Shown one piece after another: positions 1-8,690 of a stretch of 32,000 nt of DNA. Location: contig NC_013967.1 in the NCBI RefSeq assembly GCF_000025685.1, positions 2,340,001-2,372,000 on the forward strand. Direction: 5' to 3'. Position numbers and translations under genes: made by a program. Every line of letters begins with the position of its first letter. Position 1 is the first letter of the stretch. This DNA comes from Haloferax volcanii DS2. GTDB taxonomy: Archaea; Halobacteriota; Halobacteria; Halobacteriales; Haloferacaceae. The notes beneath the pieces are model-generated. The model was not told where the DNA came from. It was given only the letters and a program-made list of their open reading frames with translations, and ran no database searches.

Positions 1-24
1 CCGGTGGGCTGTCAATGGGTGGCA

Positions 25-1443
25 ATGACACGAGAAACATGGGCAACACGGCTCGGGTTCATCCTCGCGGCCGTCGGCAGCGCGGTCGGCCTCGGGAACA
101 TCTGGCGGTTCCCGTGGCAGACCGCCGAAAACGGCGGCAGCGCGTTCCTCGTCGTATATCTCGGCATCGTCCTCCTCGTCGGCGTTCCCGGACTGCTCGG
201 CGAGTTCGTCATCGGCCGCCGCGCGAAGAAGTCGCCGGTCGGCGCGCTCCGTGACCTCTCCGGGTCGAAAAAATGGGGTATCGTCGGCGCGTTCTCGGTC
301 GTCACCGGCATCTCGCTGCTCTCGTTTTACAGCGTCGTCGGCGGGTGGATTATCCGCTATCTCCTCGAAAGCGCGGCCGCGCTCGCCGGCGGCAACCCCG
401 CGTACTTCACGAATCCGGGGCAGTACTTCGGCGGCGTCTCCGCCGGCGTCGACGCGGCGCTCTACCACCTCCTGTTCCTCGGTTTGACCGCGCTCATCGT
501 CTTCGCGGGCGTCCGCAAGGGCATCGAACTCGGCACGAAAGTCATGATGCCCGCCGTGCTCGTGCTCCTCGTCGGCCTCGCCGGCTGGGCCGCGACCCAG
601 CCCAACGCGGCCGCGGGCTACGCCTTCTTCCTCCGATTCGACCCCTCGGTCATCACCGAGAACTTCTTCGCCATTCTCGGTCCCGCCGCCGGACAGGCGC
701 TGTTTACCCTCTCGCTCGGCGCGGGTACGATGATAACGTACTCCTCGTACCTCCGTGAGGACCGCTCGCTTCCCTTCGACGGGAGCGCCATCGCGGTCCT
801 CAACACGAGCGTCGGCGTCATCACCGGCCTCGTCGTCTTCCCGCTTCTGTTCTCGCAGGGCATCAACCCGACCGAGACCGGCACCGGGCCGGGCGCGCTG
901 TTCGTCGGTCTCGCCGGGGCGTTCTCGCAACTCCCCGCGGGGACGCTCATCGCCACCGCGTTCTTCGGCGTCGTGACGCTCGCGGCGCTGTCGAGCTCCA
1001 TCAGCATGCTCGAAATCCCCGTCGCGTTCCTCGTCGACGAGTACGGCGTCTCACGCCGACGCGCCGTTTCCGGGATGACCGCGTTCGTCGCCGTCACCGG
1101 GGGCGTCTGCGCGTTCAACCCGGGCATCTTCGGCTTCGTCGCCGGGCCGCTCGTGAACGTCCTCCTGACCGCCGGCCTCGCGGCGTTCCTCCTGTTCGTC
1201 GGCTGGGTCATGGGCCGCGAGGCGCTCGAAGAGTTCGCCGCCGGCGCGGGCGAGTTCTCGAAGTCCCTCGGCACGCCGTGGCTCTTCGCCGTCGGCGTCG
1301 TCCTCCCGCTGTTCCTCGTCTTCACGCTCCTCACGCACTTCGGCGTGGACACGACCATCGGCTTCTGGCCGACCGTCGGCGTCGCCGTCGTCGCGTCCGC
1401 CGCCGCCTTCTTGGGCCTGCGACAGCCCAACTCAGTCGTCTGA
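25..1443 (+). CDS. Sodium-dependent transporter, neurotransmitter:sodium symporter (NSS/SNF) family
   Basis: ORF 4..1443. The N-terminal WATRLGFILAAVGSAVGLGNIWRFPW motif is typical of NSS transporters, and there are many hydrophobic helices. ATG at 25 (MTRETW) preferred over the GTG at 4. Confidence 0.9.
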   Translation: MTRETWATRLGFILAAVGSAVGLGNIWRFPWQTAENGGSAFLVVYLGIVLLVGVPGLLGEFVIGRRAKKSPVGALRDLSGSKKWGIVGAFSVVTGISLLSFYSVVGGWIIRYLLESAAALAGGNPAYFTNPGQYFGGVSAGVDAALYHLLFLGLTALIVFAGVRKGIELGTKVMMPAVLVLLVGLAGWAATQPNAAAGYAFFLRFDPSVITENFFAILGPAAGQALFTLSLGAGTMITYSSYLREDRSLPFDGSAIAVLNTSVGVITGLVVFPLLFSQGINPTETGTGPGALFVGLAGAFSQLPAGTLIATAFFGVVTLAALSSSISMLEIPVAFLVDEYGVSRRRAVSGMTAFVAVTGGVCAFNPGIFGFVAGPLVNVLLTAGLAAFLLFVGWVMGREALEEFAAGAGEFSKSLGTPWLFAVGVVLPLFLVFTLLTHFGVDTTIGFWPTVGVAVVASAAAFLGLRQPNSVV

Positions 1444-1575
1444 GTGGGGCTCTCCCCGCTGCGTTCGGCGCGCTGACTCGACTCCGACTGCTCTGTTTGC
1501 TCCGTTTTCGACCGACCCGACCGCGGGGAGTACTTCGCGTTCGCGTCGCTAATCATGATGATTGTTCCACCTATT

Positions 1576-1593
1576 CTTCGACAACTGTCGAAG
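1576..1593. promoter_or_regulatory. Perfect 18-bp palindrome CTTCGACAACTGTCGAAG upstream of pccB (candidate operator)
   Basis: 8-bp arms with a 2-nt spacer, read directly from the sequence. Lies 77-94 nt upstream of the pccB ATG. Confidence 0.35.
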
Positions 1594-1669
1594 TAAGGGT
1601 TGCCGGATTGCGGAACTCCTTTGACCGAGGACTGCGGACCGTTGCTCCAATGAGCGAAGGTGGTCTGGC

Positions 1670-3220
1670 ATGACGATGGAAGACCGGATCGACGAACTCC
1701 GCGAGAAGCGCGAGGAAGCCCTGAAGGGCGGCGGCGAGGACCGAATCGCCTCGCAGCACGACAAGGGCAAGATGACCGCCCGCGAGCGCATCGACTACTT
1801 CCTCGACGACGGCACCTTCCGGGAGTTCGACCAGTTCCGAACCCACCGCAACCACAAGTTCGGGATGGAGGAGACGAAGCTCCCCGGCGACGGCGTCATC
1901 ACCGGCTACGGCGAGGTCGGCGGCCGAACCGTCTTCGTCTTCGCCCACGACTTCACCGTTTTCGGCGGCTCGCTCGGTGAGGTGTTCGCCGAGAAGGTCT
2001 GTAAGGTGATGGACAAGGCGATGGAGGTCGGCGCGCCCGTCGTCGGCCTCAACGACTCCGCCGGCGCGCGGATTCAGGAGGGCGTCCAGTCGCTCGGCGG
2101 CTTCGGCGAAATCTTCCGCCGAAACACCGAGGCGTCGGGCGTCATCCCGCAGATTTCGGCCATCATGGGCCCCTGCGCGGGCGGCGCGGTGTACTCCCCC
2201 GCGCTGACGGACTTCACCTTCATGGTCCGCGACACGAGCCACATGTTCATCACCGGCCCGGACGTCATCAAGACGGTCACGGGCGAGGAGGTCACCTTCG
2301 ACGAACTCGGCGGCGCGACGACCCACACCTCGACGAGCGGGGTCGCCCACTTCGCCACCGACACCGAAGAGCAGGCGCTCGACGACATCCGCCACCTGCT
2401 TTCGTACCTCCCGCAGAACAACGTCGAGGACCCGCCGCGCGTCGAACCGTGGGACGACCCCGAGCGCGTCGACGACGACCTCGCCGGGGTCGTGCCCGAC
2501 CAGCCGCGCAAGCCCTACGACATCCACGACGTGCTCGACGGCGTCCTCGACGAGGGCTCCTTCTTCGGCGTCCAAGAGGACTTCGCCAAGAACATCGTCG
2601 TCGGCTTCGGTCGCCTCGACGGTCACTCGGTCGGCATCGTCGCCAACCAGCCCCGCGTGAACGCCGGTACCCTCAACATCAACGCATCGGAGAAGGGCGC
2701 GCGCTTCATCCGCTTTTGCGACTCGTTCAACATTCCCATCCTCACCTTCGTGGACGTGCCCGGCTTCCTGCCCGGTACGGACCAAGAGCACAACGGCATC
2801 ATCCGCCACGGCGCGAAGCTCCTGTACGCCTACTCCGAGGCGACGGTGCCGCTCATGACCGTCATCACGCGCAAGGCCTACGGCGGCGCGTACGACGTGA
2901 TGGCCTCGAAGCACCTCGGCGCGGACGTGAACTACGCGTGGCCGACCGCCGAAATCGCCGTGATGGGCCCGCAGGGCGCGGTCAACATCCTCTACCGCGA
3001 CGAACTCGACGCCGCGGACGACCCCGACGCCCGCCGCGACGAACTCATCGAGGAGTACCGCGAGGAGTTCGCCAACCCCTACACCGCCGCGGACCGCGGC
3101 TTCATCGACGACGTCATCGAACCCGGCGAGACCCGCGAGCGCCTCATCTCCGACCTCCGGATGCTGAACTCCAAGCGCAAGTCCCAACCCGACAAGAAAC
3201 ACGGCAACATCCCGCTATGA
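1670..3220 (+). CDS. pccB: Propionyl-CoA (acyl-CoA) carboxylase, carboxyltransferase beta subunit
   Basis: 516-aa ORF with the typical carboxyltransferase N-terminus ([36 protein letters not shown]), plus [16 protein letters not shown] and PGFLPGT motifs. Confidence 0.93.
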   Translation: MTMEDRIDELREKREEALKGGGEDRIASQHDKGKMTARERIDYFLDDGTFREFDQFRTHRNHKFGMEETKLPGDGVITGYGEVGGRTVFVFAHDFTVFGGSLGEVFAEKVCKVMDKAMEVGAPVVGLNDSAGARIQEGVQSLGGFGEIFRRNTEASGVIPQISAIMGPCAGGAVYSPALTDFTFMVRDTSHMFITGPDVIKTVTGEEVTFDELGGATTHTSTSGVAHFATDTEEQALDDIRHLLSYLPQNNVEDPPRVEPWDDPERVDDDLAGVVPDQPRKPYDIHDVLDGVLDEGSFFGVQEDFAKNIVVGFGRLDGHSVGIVANQPRVNAGTLNINASEKGARFIRFCDSFNIPILTFVDVPGFLPGTDQEHNGIIRHGAKLLYAYSEATVPLMTVITRKAYGGAYDVMASKHLGADVNYAWPTAEIAVMGPQGAVNILYRDELDAADDPDARRDELIEEYREEFANPYTAADRGFIDDVIEPGETRERLISDLRMLNSKRKSQPDKKHGNIPL

Positions 3221-3486
3221 GCGGCGAACTGCTGTCGGGGCTGTCGATTCCGGACGACGCCGACGCCGAGGAGGCCGCGGCCATCGCCGCCGCCGTCGGC
3301 GCGCACCTCCACGACCAGTCGGTCGCCGCGGCCGCCGCGGCCGCAGGGGACGGCGAGGAGACGTGGAACGAGGAGCGCTGGCGGTACGCCGGCCGCCTCG
3401 AATCGGTCACGGGCTGTGGCCACCGCGTCCCCTCCGGCGCGCCGACCGACGCGTGGGCCGCCTCGGGCCGCGTCGACCGGTTCTGA
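3217..3486 (+). CDS. pccX: Small Ala-rich acyl-CoA carboxylase-associated subunit (PccX-like)
   Basis: 89-aa ORF ([31 protein letters not shown]...) inside the 2449..3486 frame. Its ATG overlaps the pccB stop as ATGA at 3217-3220. Position matches the pccB-pccX pair reported for Haloferax mediterranei PCC. Confidence 0.6.
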   Translation: MSGELLSGLSIPDDADAEEAAAIAAAVGAHLHDQSVAAAAAAAGDGEETWNEERWRYAGRLESVTGCGHRVPSGAPTDAWAASGRVDRF

Positions 3487-3549
3487 ATCGGGGGCCTGCG
3501 GATTTACGACAGAACATTCACATTCTCGTCCGACGTCAACCGGGCCAAC

Positions 3550-3852
3550 ATGGTCCAAACCGCGCTCGGCTGGCTGTTTCTCAACGCCGTTCTCGCCGGC
3601 TTCGCCGCCGTCGCTGTCGCGGCACACTACGCCGACGAGGGCGAACCCGACTTCGTCTCCGCGGCGCTGGCCGCCGTCTTCGCCGGGACCTGCGTCGAAC
3701 TCGGGACGGCGAACGGCTACTTCCCGGACGGGGTTTTCCCGACCGCCGTTGTCGGTGTCTGCGTCGTCGTCGCGCTCGTCTCGCTCGCGGTCGGCGTACA
3801 ACGGGACCAGACGGCGTTTCAAGCGTTCCACGGCGACGCTCGGACCCGGTAG
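3550..3852 (+). CDS. Small integral membrane protein, unknown function (about 3 hydrophobic helices)
   Basis: 100-aa ORF with GC3-rich codons and hydrophobic segments (WLFLNAVLAGFAAVAVAA, AALAAVFAGTCV, AVVGVCVVVALVSLAV). No family recognised. Confidence 0.5.
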   Translation: MVQTALGWLFLNAVLAGFAAVAVAAHYADEGEPDFVSAALAAVFAGTCVELGTANGYFPDGVFPTAVVGVCVVVALVSLAVGVQRDQTAFQAFHGDARTR

Positions 3853-3853
3853 T

Positions 3854-4510
3854 TCACTCCGCGAGCGCCGGGTCGTCGACGACGACGCCGTCGACGCCGC
3901 ACTCCCGGAGCCGCCGAACTATCTCGCGGTCGGGGACCGTCCACGCGTTGACCTCGAAGCCGCAGTCGTGCGCCTCCTCGACCCGCGCCGACGAGAGCAG
4001 GTCGTAGTGCGGGTGGACGGCCGCGCAGTCGAGATCGGCGGCGACCGACAGCGACTCCGCCCAGTCGGCCGCAAAGAGGAACGCGACCGGGAGCGCGGTC
4101 GCCTCGCGCACCTCGCGGAGCGCCTCGGCGTCGAACGACGAGACGAGTATCTCGTGTTCCGCGCCGCCGACGACGGCGGCGAGGTCGTCTACGAGGCCGC
4201 GTTCTTTCAGTTCGACGTTGACCGAAACGCGGTCCGGCAGGGCGTCGAACACCGCGGCGAGCGTCGGAATCGACTCGCCGGAGTCGCCGATTGTGAGTGC
4301 CTGCAACTCCGCGAGAGTCGCCTCGGCGACGCGGCCGGGCGCGCCGGTCACGCGGTCGAGCGTCTCGTCGTGGACGACGACGAGTTCGCCGGAGCCGCAG
4401 CGTCGAACGTCGAGTTCGACCCAGTCGAGTCGCGTCGCGGCCGCGTCGAAGGCGGCGAGCGTGTTCTCGGGGGCGAGGACGGGACAGCCGCGGTGACCGA
4501 TGACGCGCAT
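3854..4510 (-). CDS. Glycerophosphodiester phosphodiesterase (GDPD family)
   Basis: 218 aa with MRVIGHRGCPVLAPENTLAAF ... ELDVRRCGSGELVVVHDETLDR, the GDPD catalytic motifs. A TATA-like TTTAGG lies about 29 nt upstream of the ATG. Confidence 0.88.
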   Translation of the reverse strand: MRVIGHRGCPVLAPENTLAAFDAAATRLDWVELDVRRCGSGELVVVHDETLDRVTGAPGRVAEATLAELQALTIGDSGESIPTLAAVFDALPDRVSVNVELKERGLVDDLAAVVGGAEHEILVSSFDAEALREVREATALPVAFLFAADWAESLSVAADLDCAAVHPHYDLLSSARVEEAHDCGFEVNAWTVPDREIVRRLRECGVDGVVVDDPALAE

Positions 4511-4621
4511 GTCGGTACGTCGCGGGAGGGCGGCCTAAACGCTTCCTCCGGACCGGTCGAAAGCGCTCGGGAGCGGTTCGTTCGGGTATAGTGGAATGGG
4601 GACCGAGCCACGTGGGGGTCG

Positions 4622-4647
4622 CGCGCTCGTCGCACGCGCTCGTCGCG
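4622..4647. repeat. 13-nt tandem duplication cgcgctcgtcgca / cgcgctcgtcgcg
   Basis: 12 of 13 nt identical. Lies in the rps17e-GDPD spacer. Confidence 0.7.
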
Positions 4648-4718
4648 CACGAACCGGCGCGGCCGCTCCGCGCGGGCTGGAGAAGATGTGTTCGCAGAGA
4701 GAATCGACTGACTCGAAC

Positions 4719-4907
4719 TTACGCGCCCTGGCCGCCCTTCTTGCGCGTGATGTAGCCGGCGATGCGGTTGCGGACGCCCTTCGACTCGACCGTGGTCAGT
4801 TCCTCGACGCTGTCCTTGTTCGTCTCGAAGTCCGTGTTGAACGCCTGCGGGTATCGCTCCAGCAGGATGTTACCAAGCTGCTTGACGTACTTGGGCTTGA
4901 TTGCCAT
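4719..4907 (-). CDS. rps17e: 30S ribosomal protein S17e
   Basis: 62 aa, MAIKPKYVKQLGNILLERYPQAFNTDFETNKDSVEELT, the typical archaeal S17e sequence. Confidence 0.95.
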   Translation of the reverse strand: MAIKPKYVKQLGNILLERYPQAFNTDFETNKDSVEELTTVESKGVRNRIAGYITRKKGGQGA

Positions 4908-4931
4908 GTCGGAAGATTTCCCGGACGAACA

Positions 4932-4937
4932 CTAAAA
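4932..4937 (-). promoter_or_regulatory. TATA-like TTTTAG box for leaderless rps17e, overlapping the DUF447 stop codon
   Basis: The box starts 30 nt upstream of ATG 4907, the same spacing seen at most first genes in this window. Confidence 0.4.
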
Positions 4938-5621
4938 CGATTCGTTCCGTCTCGCGGCCGCCCGCTCGCGCCAGCCCGTCAACTCGTCGATTCGCGCGAA
5001 CGCCTCGCGCTCTCGTTTCCCGCCGCATTTCTCGACCGTCTCGGCGAAGTAGTCGAGTCGGGCCAACAGGTCGTCGGTGTCGAAGGCGGGCACGTCGAGC
5101 CGCGAGGCCGCAACCGTCGTGTCGATGACCGCGCCGAAGCCGCGGTTGATGGTGAACGGCCGGGTCCGCTCGACCGCGGCATCGACGGGCCGGAGCTCCC
5201 ACGATTCCCACTCGGTCCCGCCGTCCTCGCCTGAATCGACCGGCGTCGCCTCGACTTCGGCCCACGCGTCGGCCGAGTCGAGAACGGGCGAGTCCCGCTC
5301 GTAGATGGTCATCGCGGCCTCGACGAACGCCCGCGGGTCGGAGACGAACTGGACGACGCCGCCGCCCTGCCGGTGGAAGTTCCGGCGAGTTCGGGTGTTG
5401 CCCCACGTCGTGGCGGTGGCGGGCGGCGGCGAGGGCGTGCTGGCAGGGGGGTCGCCGTCGGTCTCCGGTGCGTGGACGCCGAGCGCCGCGAAGTTCCACC
5501 GGTCGTTCGGCCCGAGCGTGGCGACGACCGTCTCGGTGACGCCGCGGAGTTCGACGGGCCAGTCGTCGCCGTCGCGGTCGCCGACGCGACGCCCCGCGTC
5601 TGTCGTCTCGTCGTCGCTCAC
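4932..5621 (-). CDS. DUF447-family protein (flavin-reductase-like split-barrel)
   Basis: C-terminal 229 aa of ORF 4932..5984. GTG start at 5621 overlaps the stop of the upstream gene (GTGA). The Arg-rich part of the ORF upstream of 5621 looks non-coding. Family call is from recollection of DUF447 proteins that sit next to CitG-like genes. Confidence 0.7.
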   Translation of the reverse strand: MSDDETTDAGRRVGDRDGDDWPVELRGVTETVVATLGPNDRWNFAALGVHAPETDGDPPASTPSPPPATATTWGNTRTRRNFHRQGGGVVQFVSDPRAFVEAAMTIYERDSPVLDSADAWAEVEATPVDSGEDGGTEWESWELRPVDAAVERTRPFTINRGFGAVIDTTVAASRLDVPAFDTDDLLARLDYFAETVEKCGGKREREAFARIDELTGWRERAAARRNESF

Positions 5622-6478
5622 AGCGGGACCCCCCGCTCCAGCGCGACGAACGTCGCCGCGCAGACGATGTCGGCGGTCGTGCCGGGGTTGATTCCCTCGG
5701 CGACGAACTCGTCGGCCAGTTCCTCGGCCTCGGCGAGGTCCGAGACCGCGGCCGCGCGGTCCATCACGTCGCGGGCGACGGCCTCGCCGTGGTTCGTCGC
5801 GACGAGCGTGTCTGGTTCCTCCGCGAGCAGGTCGAGAAACGCGCGAGCGACGCGGTCGGTGACGGGGCCGTCGTCCGCGAGGACGGCCTCGGCCGCACGG
5901 AACGTGCGGGCGAAGCCGCCGGTCCACTCGCGGGCGTTGGCGTCGCGATCGGCGCTCAGGGCCATCACGTCGTACAGCGTGCATCCGCGGTTTCGGAGCG
6001 CCTCGGCCGCGTCGCCGCCGCGCCGAACGTCGAGGTCCGGGGCGTCGTCGGGCACGTCGCCGACGGCCACGTCGACGTGTTCGAACGCGCGGTAGAACCC
6101 GACCGCGTCGGCGACGGTGGTCGACTCGGCCACGGCGGTCGCTCCGGCGGGCGAGAGGTCGCGGTCGTCGTCGGCCGCCGCCCGGACGAGCGGGACGAGA
6201 AGCAGGAGACAGCCGAACTGGGTGTTGCCGCCGCCCTGTCGACTCATGCCGGCAACCGCCTCCTCGAACGCCTCGCCGACCGGCGCGCCCGATTCGGCCA
6301 GTTCGAGGCCGGCCGCGGCACCGACCGCACCCGTGAGGAACTGTTCGAAGTGCAGGTCCGAGAGGTCGCGCCGGCGGTCGACGTTGCCCGGCTTGGGCGT
6401 GCCGGCGACTTCGAGCAGGAGCGCGAGTTCGGCGTGCCGCGCGGGGCCGAACCCGCGGTCGGAGACGGGCGCGACCAT
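5618..6478 (-). CDS. Triphosphoribosyl-dephospho-CoA synthase (CitG)-like protein
   Basis: 286 aa with EVAGTPKPGNVDR, GGGNTQFGCLLLL and C-terminal INPGTTADIVCAATFVAL, all CitG-family-like motifs. Start ATG shares one nt with the upstream stop (TGATG). Confidence 0.78.
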   Translation of the reverse strand: MVAPVSDRGFGPARHAELALLLEVAGTPKPGNVDRRRDLSDLHFEQFLTGAVGAAAGLELAESGAPVGEAFEEAVAGMSRQGGGNTQFGCLLLLVPLVRAAADDDRDLSPAGATAVAESTTVADAVGFYRAFEHVDVAVGDVPDDAPDLDVRRGGDAAEALRNRGCTLYDVMALSADRDANAREWTGGFARTFRAAEAVLADDGPVTDRVARAFLDLLAEEPDTLVATNHGEAVARDVMDRAAAVSDLAEAEELADEFVAEGINPGTTADIVCAATFVALERGVPL

Positions 6479-7272
6479 CAGGCGGACACCTCGCTTTCGT
6501 CGCCCGACTCGGCGGCGTCCTCGCGGCCGGCGAACCAGTCGTCCACGGCGGTTCGGACCCGGCGGAGGACCCTTGGATTGTCGCTCGGCCGCCCGACGCT
6601 CACGGCGTCGGCCCCGTAGTCGAGGTACTCGGTCGCTGTCTCGCGACCGCGGACGCCGTTGTTGGCGACGAGAAAGAGGTCGGGCGCGGCGGCGGCCACG
6701 TCGGCAATCACGGCCTCGGAGTCCATCGCGTCGACGTGGAGCCAGTCGGCCCCCGCGTCGGCGAGGGTGGCCGCGAGATTCGGGTGGTCAACGCCGTCGA
6801 TTTCGGCGCGGACTTTCGCGCCGACGGATGCGCCCGACTCGGCGGCCGCGGCGACGTACGCGGCCAGCCGGTCGGAATCGCGCAGGAGCGTCTCGCCGCA
6901 GCCGACGGCGCAGAGTTCGTCCTGTCGGCAGTGGGCGTTTATCTCCACGCCCGCGCCGCGGTCGGCGCAGACGGCGGCGACCGCCCGAATCGGGTCGGGC
7001 GAGGTCGCTCTGACGTTGACGGCGACGAACCGGTCTTCCCCGCCGAACTCGTCGAGGGAATCCAGTTGGGCGGCGACGAAGCCGACCGGGTCGTCGGCGA
7101 GGAACTCCGAGCGTCCGCGGGCGACGAGGTCGCGGGCCGCCGCCTGTGCGGGCTCGTCGAGGGCGACGCCGCCGAGAAACGCCGCGCCGGCGTGGGGGGC
7201 CGCGGCGTCGGCCCACGCGGCGTCGGACTCGCCGCTGAGGCTCGCAACGGCGACCCGCGGGGCGAACATCAC
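6478..7272 (-). CDS. Dus-like FMN TIM-barrel oxidoreductase (dihydrouridine-synthase-like)
   Basis: 264 aa. [23 protein letters not shown] resembles the Dus active-site region. Start is GTG 7272 or ATG 7269; both overlap the cofD stop. Confidence 0.65.
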   Translation of the reverse strand: MMFAPRVAVASLSGESDAAWADAAAPHAGAAFLGGVALDEPAQAAARDLVARGRSEFLADDPVGFVAAQLDSLDEFGGEDRFVAVNVRATSPDPIRAVAAVCADRGAGVEINAHCRQDELCAVGCGETLLRDSDRLAAYVAAAAESGASVGAKVRAEIDGVDHPNLAATLADAGADWLHVDAMDSEAVIADVAAAAPDLFLVANNGVRGRETATEYLDYGADAVSVGRPSDNPRVLRRVRTAVDDWFAGREDAAESGDESEVSA

Positions 7273-8261
7273 GACACCTCCGCGAGCGCCTCGGAAACGG
7301 CGCGGGCGACGCGCTCGGCGTCGTCGGGACCGTCGATTCGGGTGTCGGTCCTGACGACCGGGCGGTCGAGGTCGGTCCCGTCGTCAGTGTCGAGGACGAA
7401 CGCGTCGGCGAAGGGGTAGGCCGCGGCGACGCCCGCGGTCGACGGCTCGTAGCCGACGCCCGCCATGAGGTCCGCGGCGGGGCCGGAGAACGCGGTGTCC
7501 TCCACGAACGGCGAGACGGCGACGACCGGCGTGTCGTCGAGGGCGTCCGCGAAGCCGTCGATGGCGAGCATCGGCCCGATGCTCGTGACGGGGTTCGAAG
7601 GGCCGACGACGACGGGCTCTTCGAGGGCGTCGGCGACCGCGTCGGTGATTGTGGCGTCGTCAGCGCCGCGGAACTCCACGTCGCGGACGGCGGGGTCGGC
7701 GCGGCGGTGGACCCAGTACTCTTGGAAGTGCATCGTCCCCTCGTCGGTGTGAATCAGGGTGGCCACGGGGTCGTCGCTCATCGGGCGGAGCGACACGTCG
7801 AGGTCGAAGGCGTCGGCGAGGGTTCGCGTGACCTCGGTGAGCGTGTTCCCCTCGTCGAGAAGCGAGGTGCGAGTGATGTGGACCGCGCGGTCGCGGTCGC
7901 CGATTTCCATGAACGCCGCGACGCCGGAGAAGCGCCGCCAGCGGGCGATGTCGCGGCCGGCCGTCTGGGCCGACTCGGGGAGGTATCGCGGGCCGGATTC
8001 GAGGCCGGCCGCGTCGGCGAGGCGGTGGAGCTCGTCGTCGGTCGCGGTGGTGTCGCCGGCGATTCCCCACCAGCGGTCGGTGTCGAGGACGCCGCCGCCG
8101 GCGAAGAGGACGGTGTCCACGTCGGGACAGACGAGGTGGCCGCCGAGTTCCACGTCGTCGCCGGTGTTGGCGACGACCGTCGTCTCGGCGGGGTCGAACA
8201 CCCCGGCGGCCCCGTCGAGGAGTTTGGGGGTGCCCGTCCCCCCGGCGAGAAACGTAACCAT
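7269..8261 (-). CDS. cofD: 2-phospho-L-lactate transferase (LPPG:FO transferase), F420 biosynthesis
   Basis: 330 aa with the [16 protein letters not shown]-terminus and overall CofD-like sequence. A TATA-like CTTTCAAA lies about 32 nt upstream. Confidence 0.87.
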   Translation of the reverse strand: MVTFLAGGTGTPKLLDGAAGVFDPAETTVVANTGDDVELGGHLVCPDVDTVLFAGGGVLDTDRWWGIAGDTTATDDELHRLADAAGLESGPRYLPESAQTAGRDIARWRRFSGVAAFMEIGDRDRAVHITRTSLLDEGNTLTEVTRTLADAFDLDVSLRPMSDDPVATLIHTDEGTMHFQEYWVHRRADPAVRDVEFRGADDATITDAVADALEEPVVVGPSNPVTSIGPMLAIDGFADALDDTPVVAVSPFVEDTAFSGPAADLMAGVGYEPSTAGVAAAYPFADAFVLDTDDGTDLDRPVVRTDTRIDGPDDAERVARAVSEALAEVS

Positions 8262-8366
8262 GGTGCGCCGTACGGCGAGTGTCCGTTTGAAAGTTCCTTC
8301 ACCGGAGACGCCGGCCGGTCGCGGACGACGAGCGCGGGACGGCCGCGGAGACCGGCGAAACCCTCG

Positions 8367-8564
8367 TCAGCGACCGCCGCGAGTAGCCGAAAAACCGGTC
8401 GTCACGGCCGCGCCGAGGCCGAAGACGACGAACATCGCGCGCCCGGCGGTCGCGCCGGTCAGGGCGCTCACGGCGGCCAAGTACCCCGCGAAGACCACGA
8501 ACAGGCACGCGAGGCCGAGGAGAGCGTAACCGAGGGCGCTTCCGAGGGCCGAGCGGAGACTCAT
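8367..8564 (-). CDS. Small two-helix membrane protein, unknown function
   Basis: 65-aa ORF with two hydrophobic helices, GC3-rich codons and a TATA-like GTTTCAC 29 nt upstream of the ATG. No homology support available here. Confidence 0.4.
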   Translation of the reverse strand: MSLRSALGSALGYALLGLACLFVVFAGYLAAVSALTGATAGRAMFVVFGLGAAVTTGFSATRGGR

Positions 8565-8690
8565 AGTCCCGCATCGTCGCCCCCGCGTGAAACGGTTTGT
8601 GGGCGCAGCGGCTTCCGAGTCGTCCCCGCCTTTCGACCCTCCGACGACGCGAATGCTCGGCTATTTGATGCCTCTCGCACAACACCCGCT

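Noticed and set aside
1555-1561. ATGATGA (C-box-like) upstream of pccB, considered as a possible C/D box sRNA.
   Set aside because: No CTGA D or D' box occurs in the following ~90 nt, and there is no terminal stem.
3850-3856. Convergent genes (membrane protein and GDPD) whose stop codons are only 1 nt apart.
   Set aside because: Tight convergent packing is common in compact haloarchaeal genomes. Nothing further in the sequence suggests a special mechanism.
7707-8690. Long N-terminal extensions of track ORFs: 7707.. for HD paralog 1, 9761.. for paralog 2, 4932..5984 upstream of 5621, 22792.. for yeiH, 28644.. for the AIR-synthase-related gene, and 15955.. for asd.
   Set aside because: The extension sequences are Arg-rich and overlap neighbouring genes or promoters. 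Internal starts align between paralogs or with known family N-termini and sit 27-32 nt downstream of TATA-like boxes.
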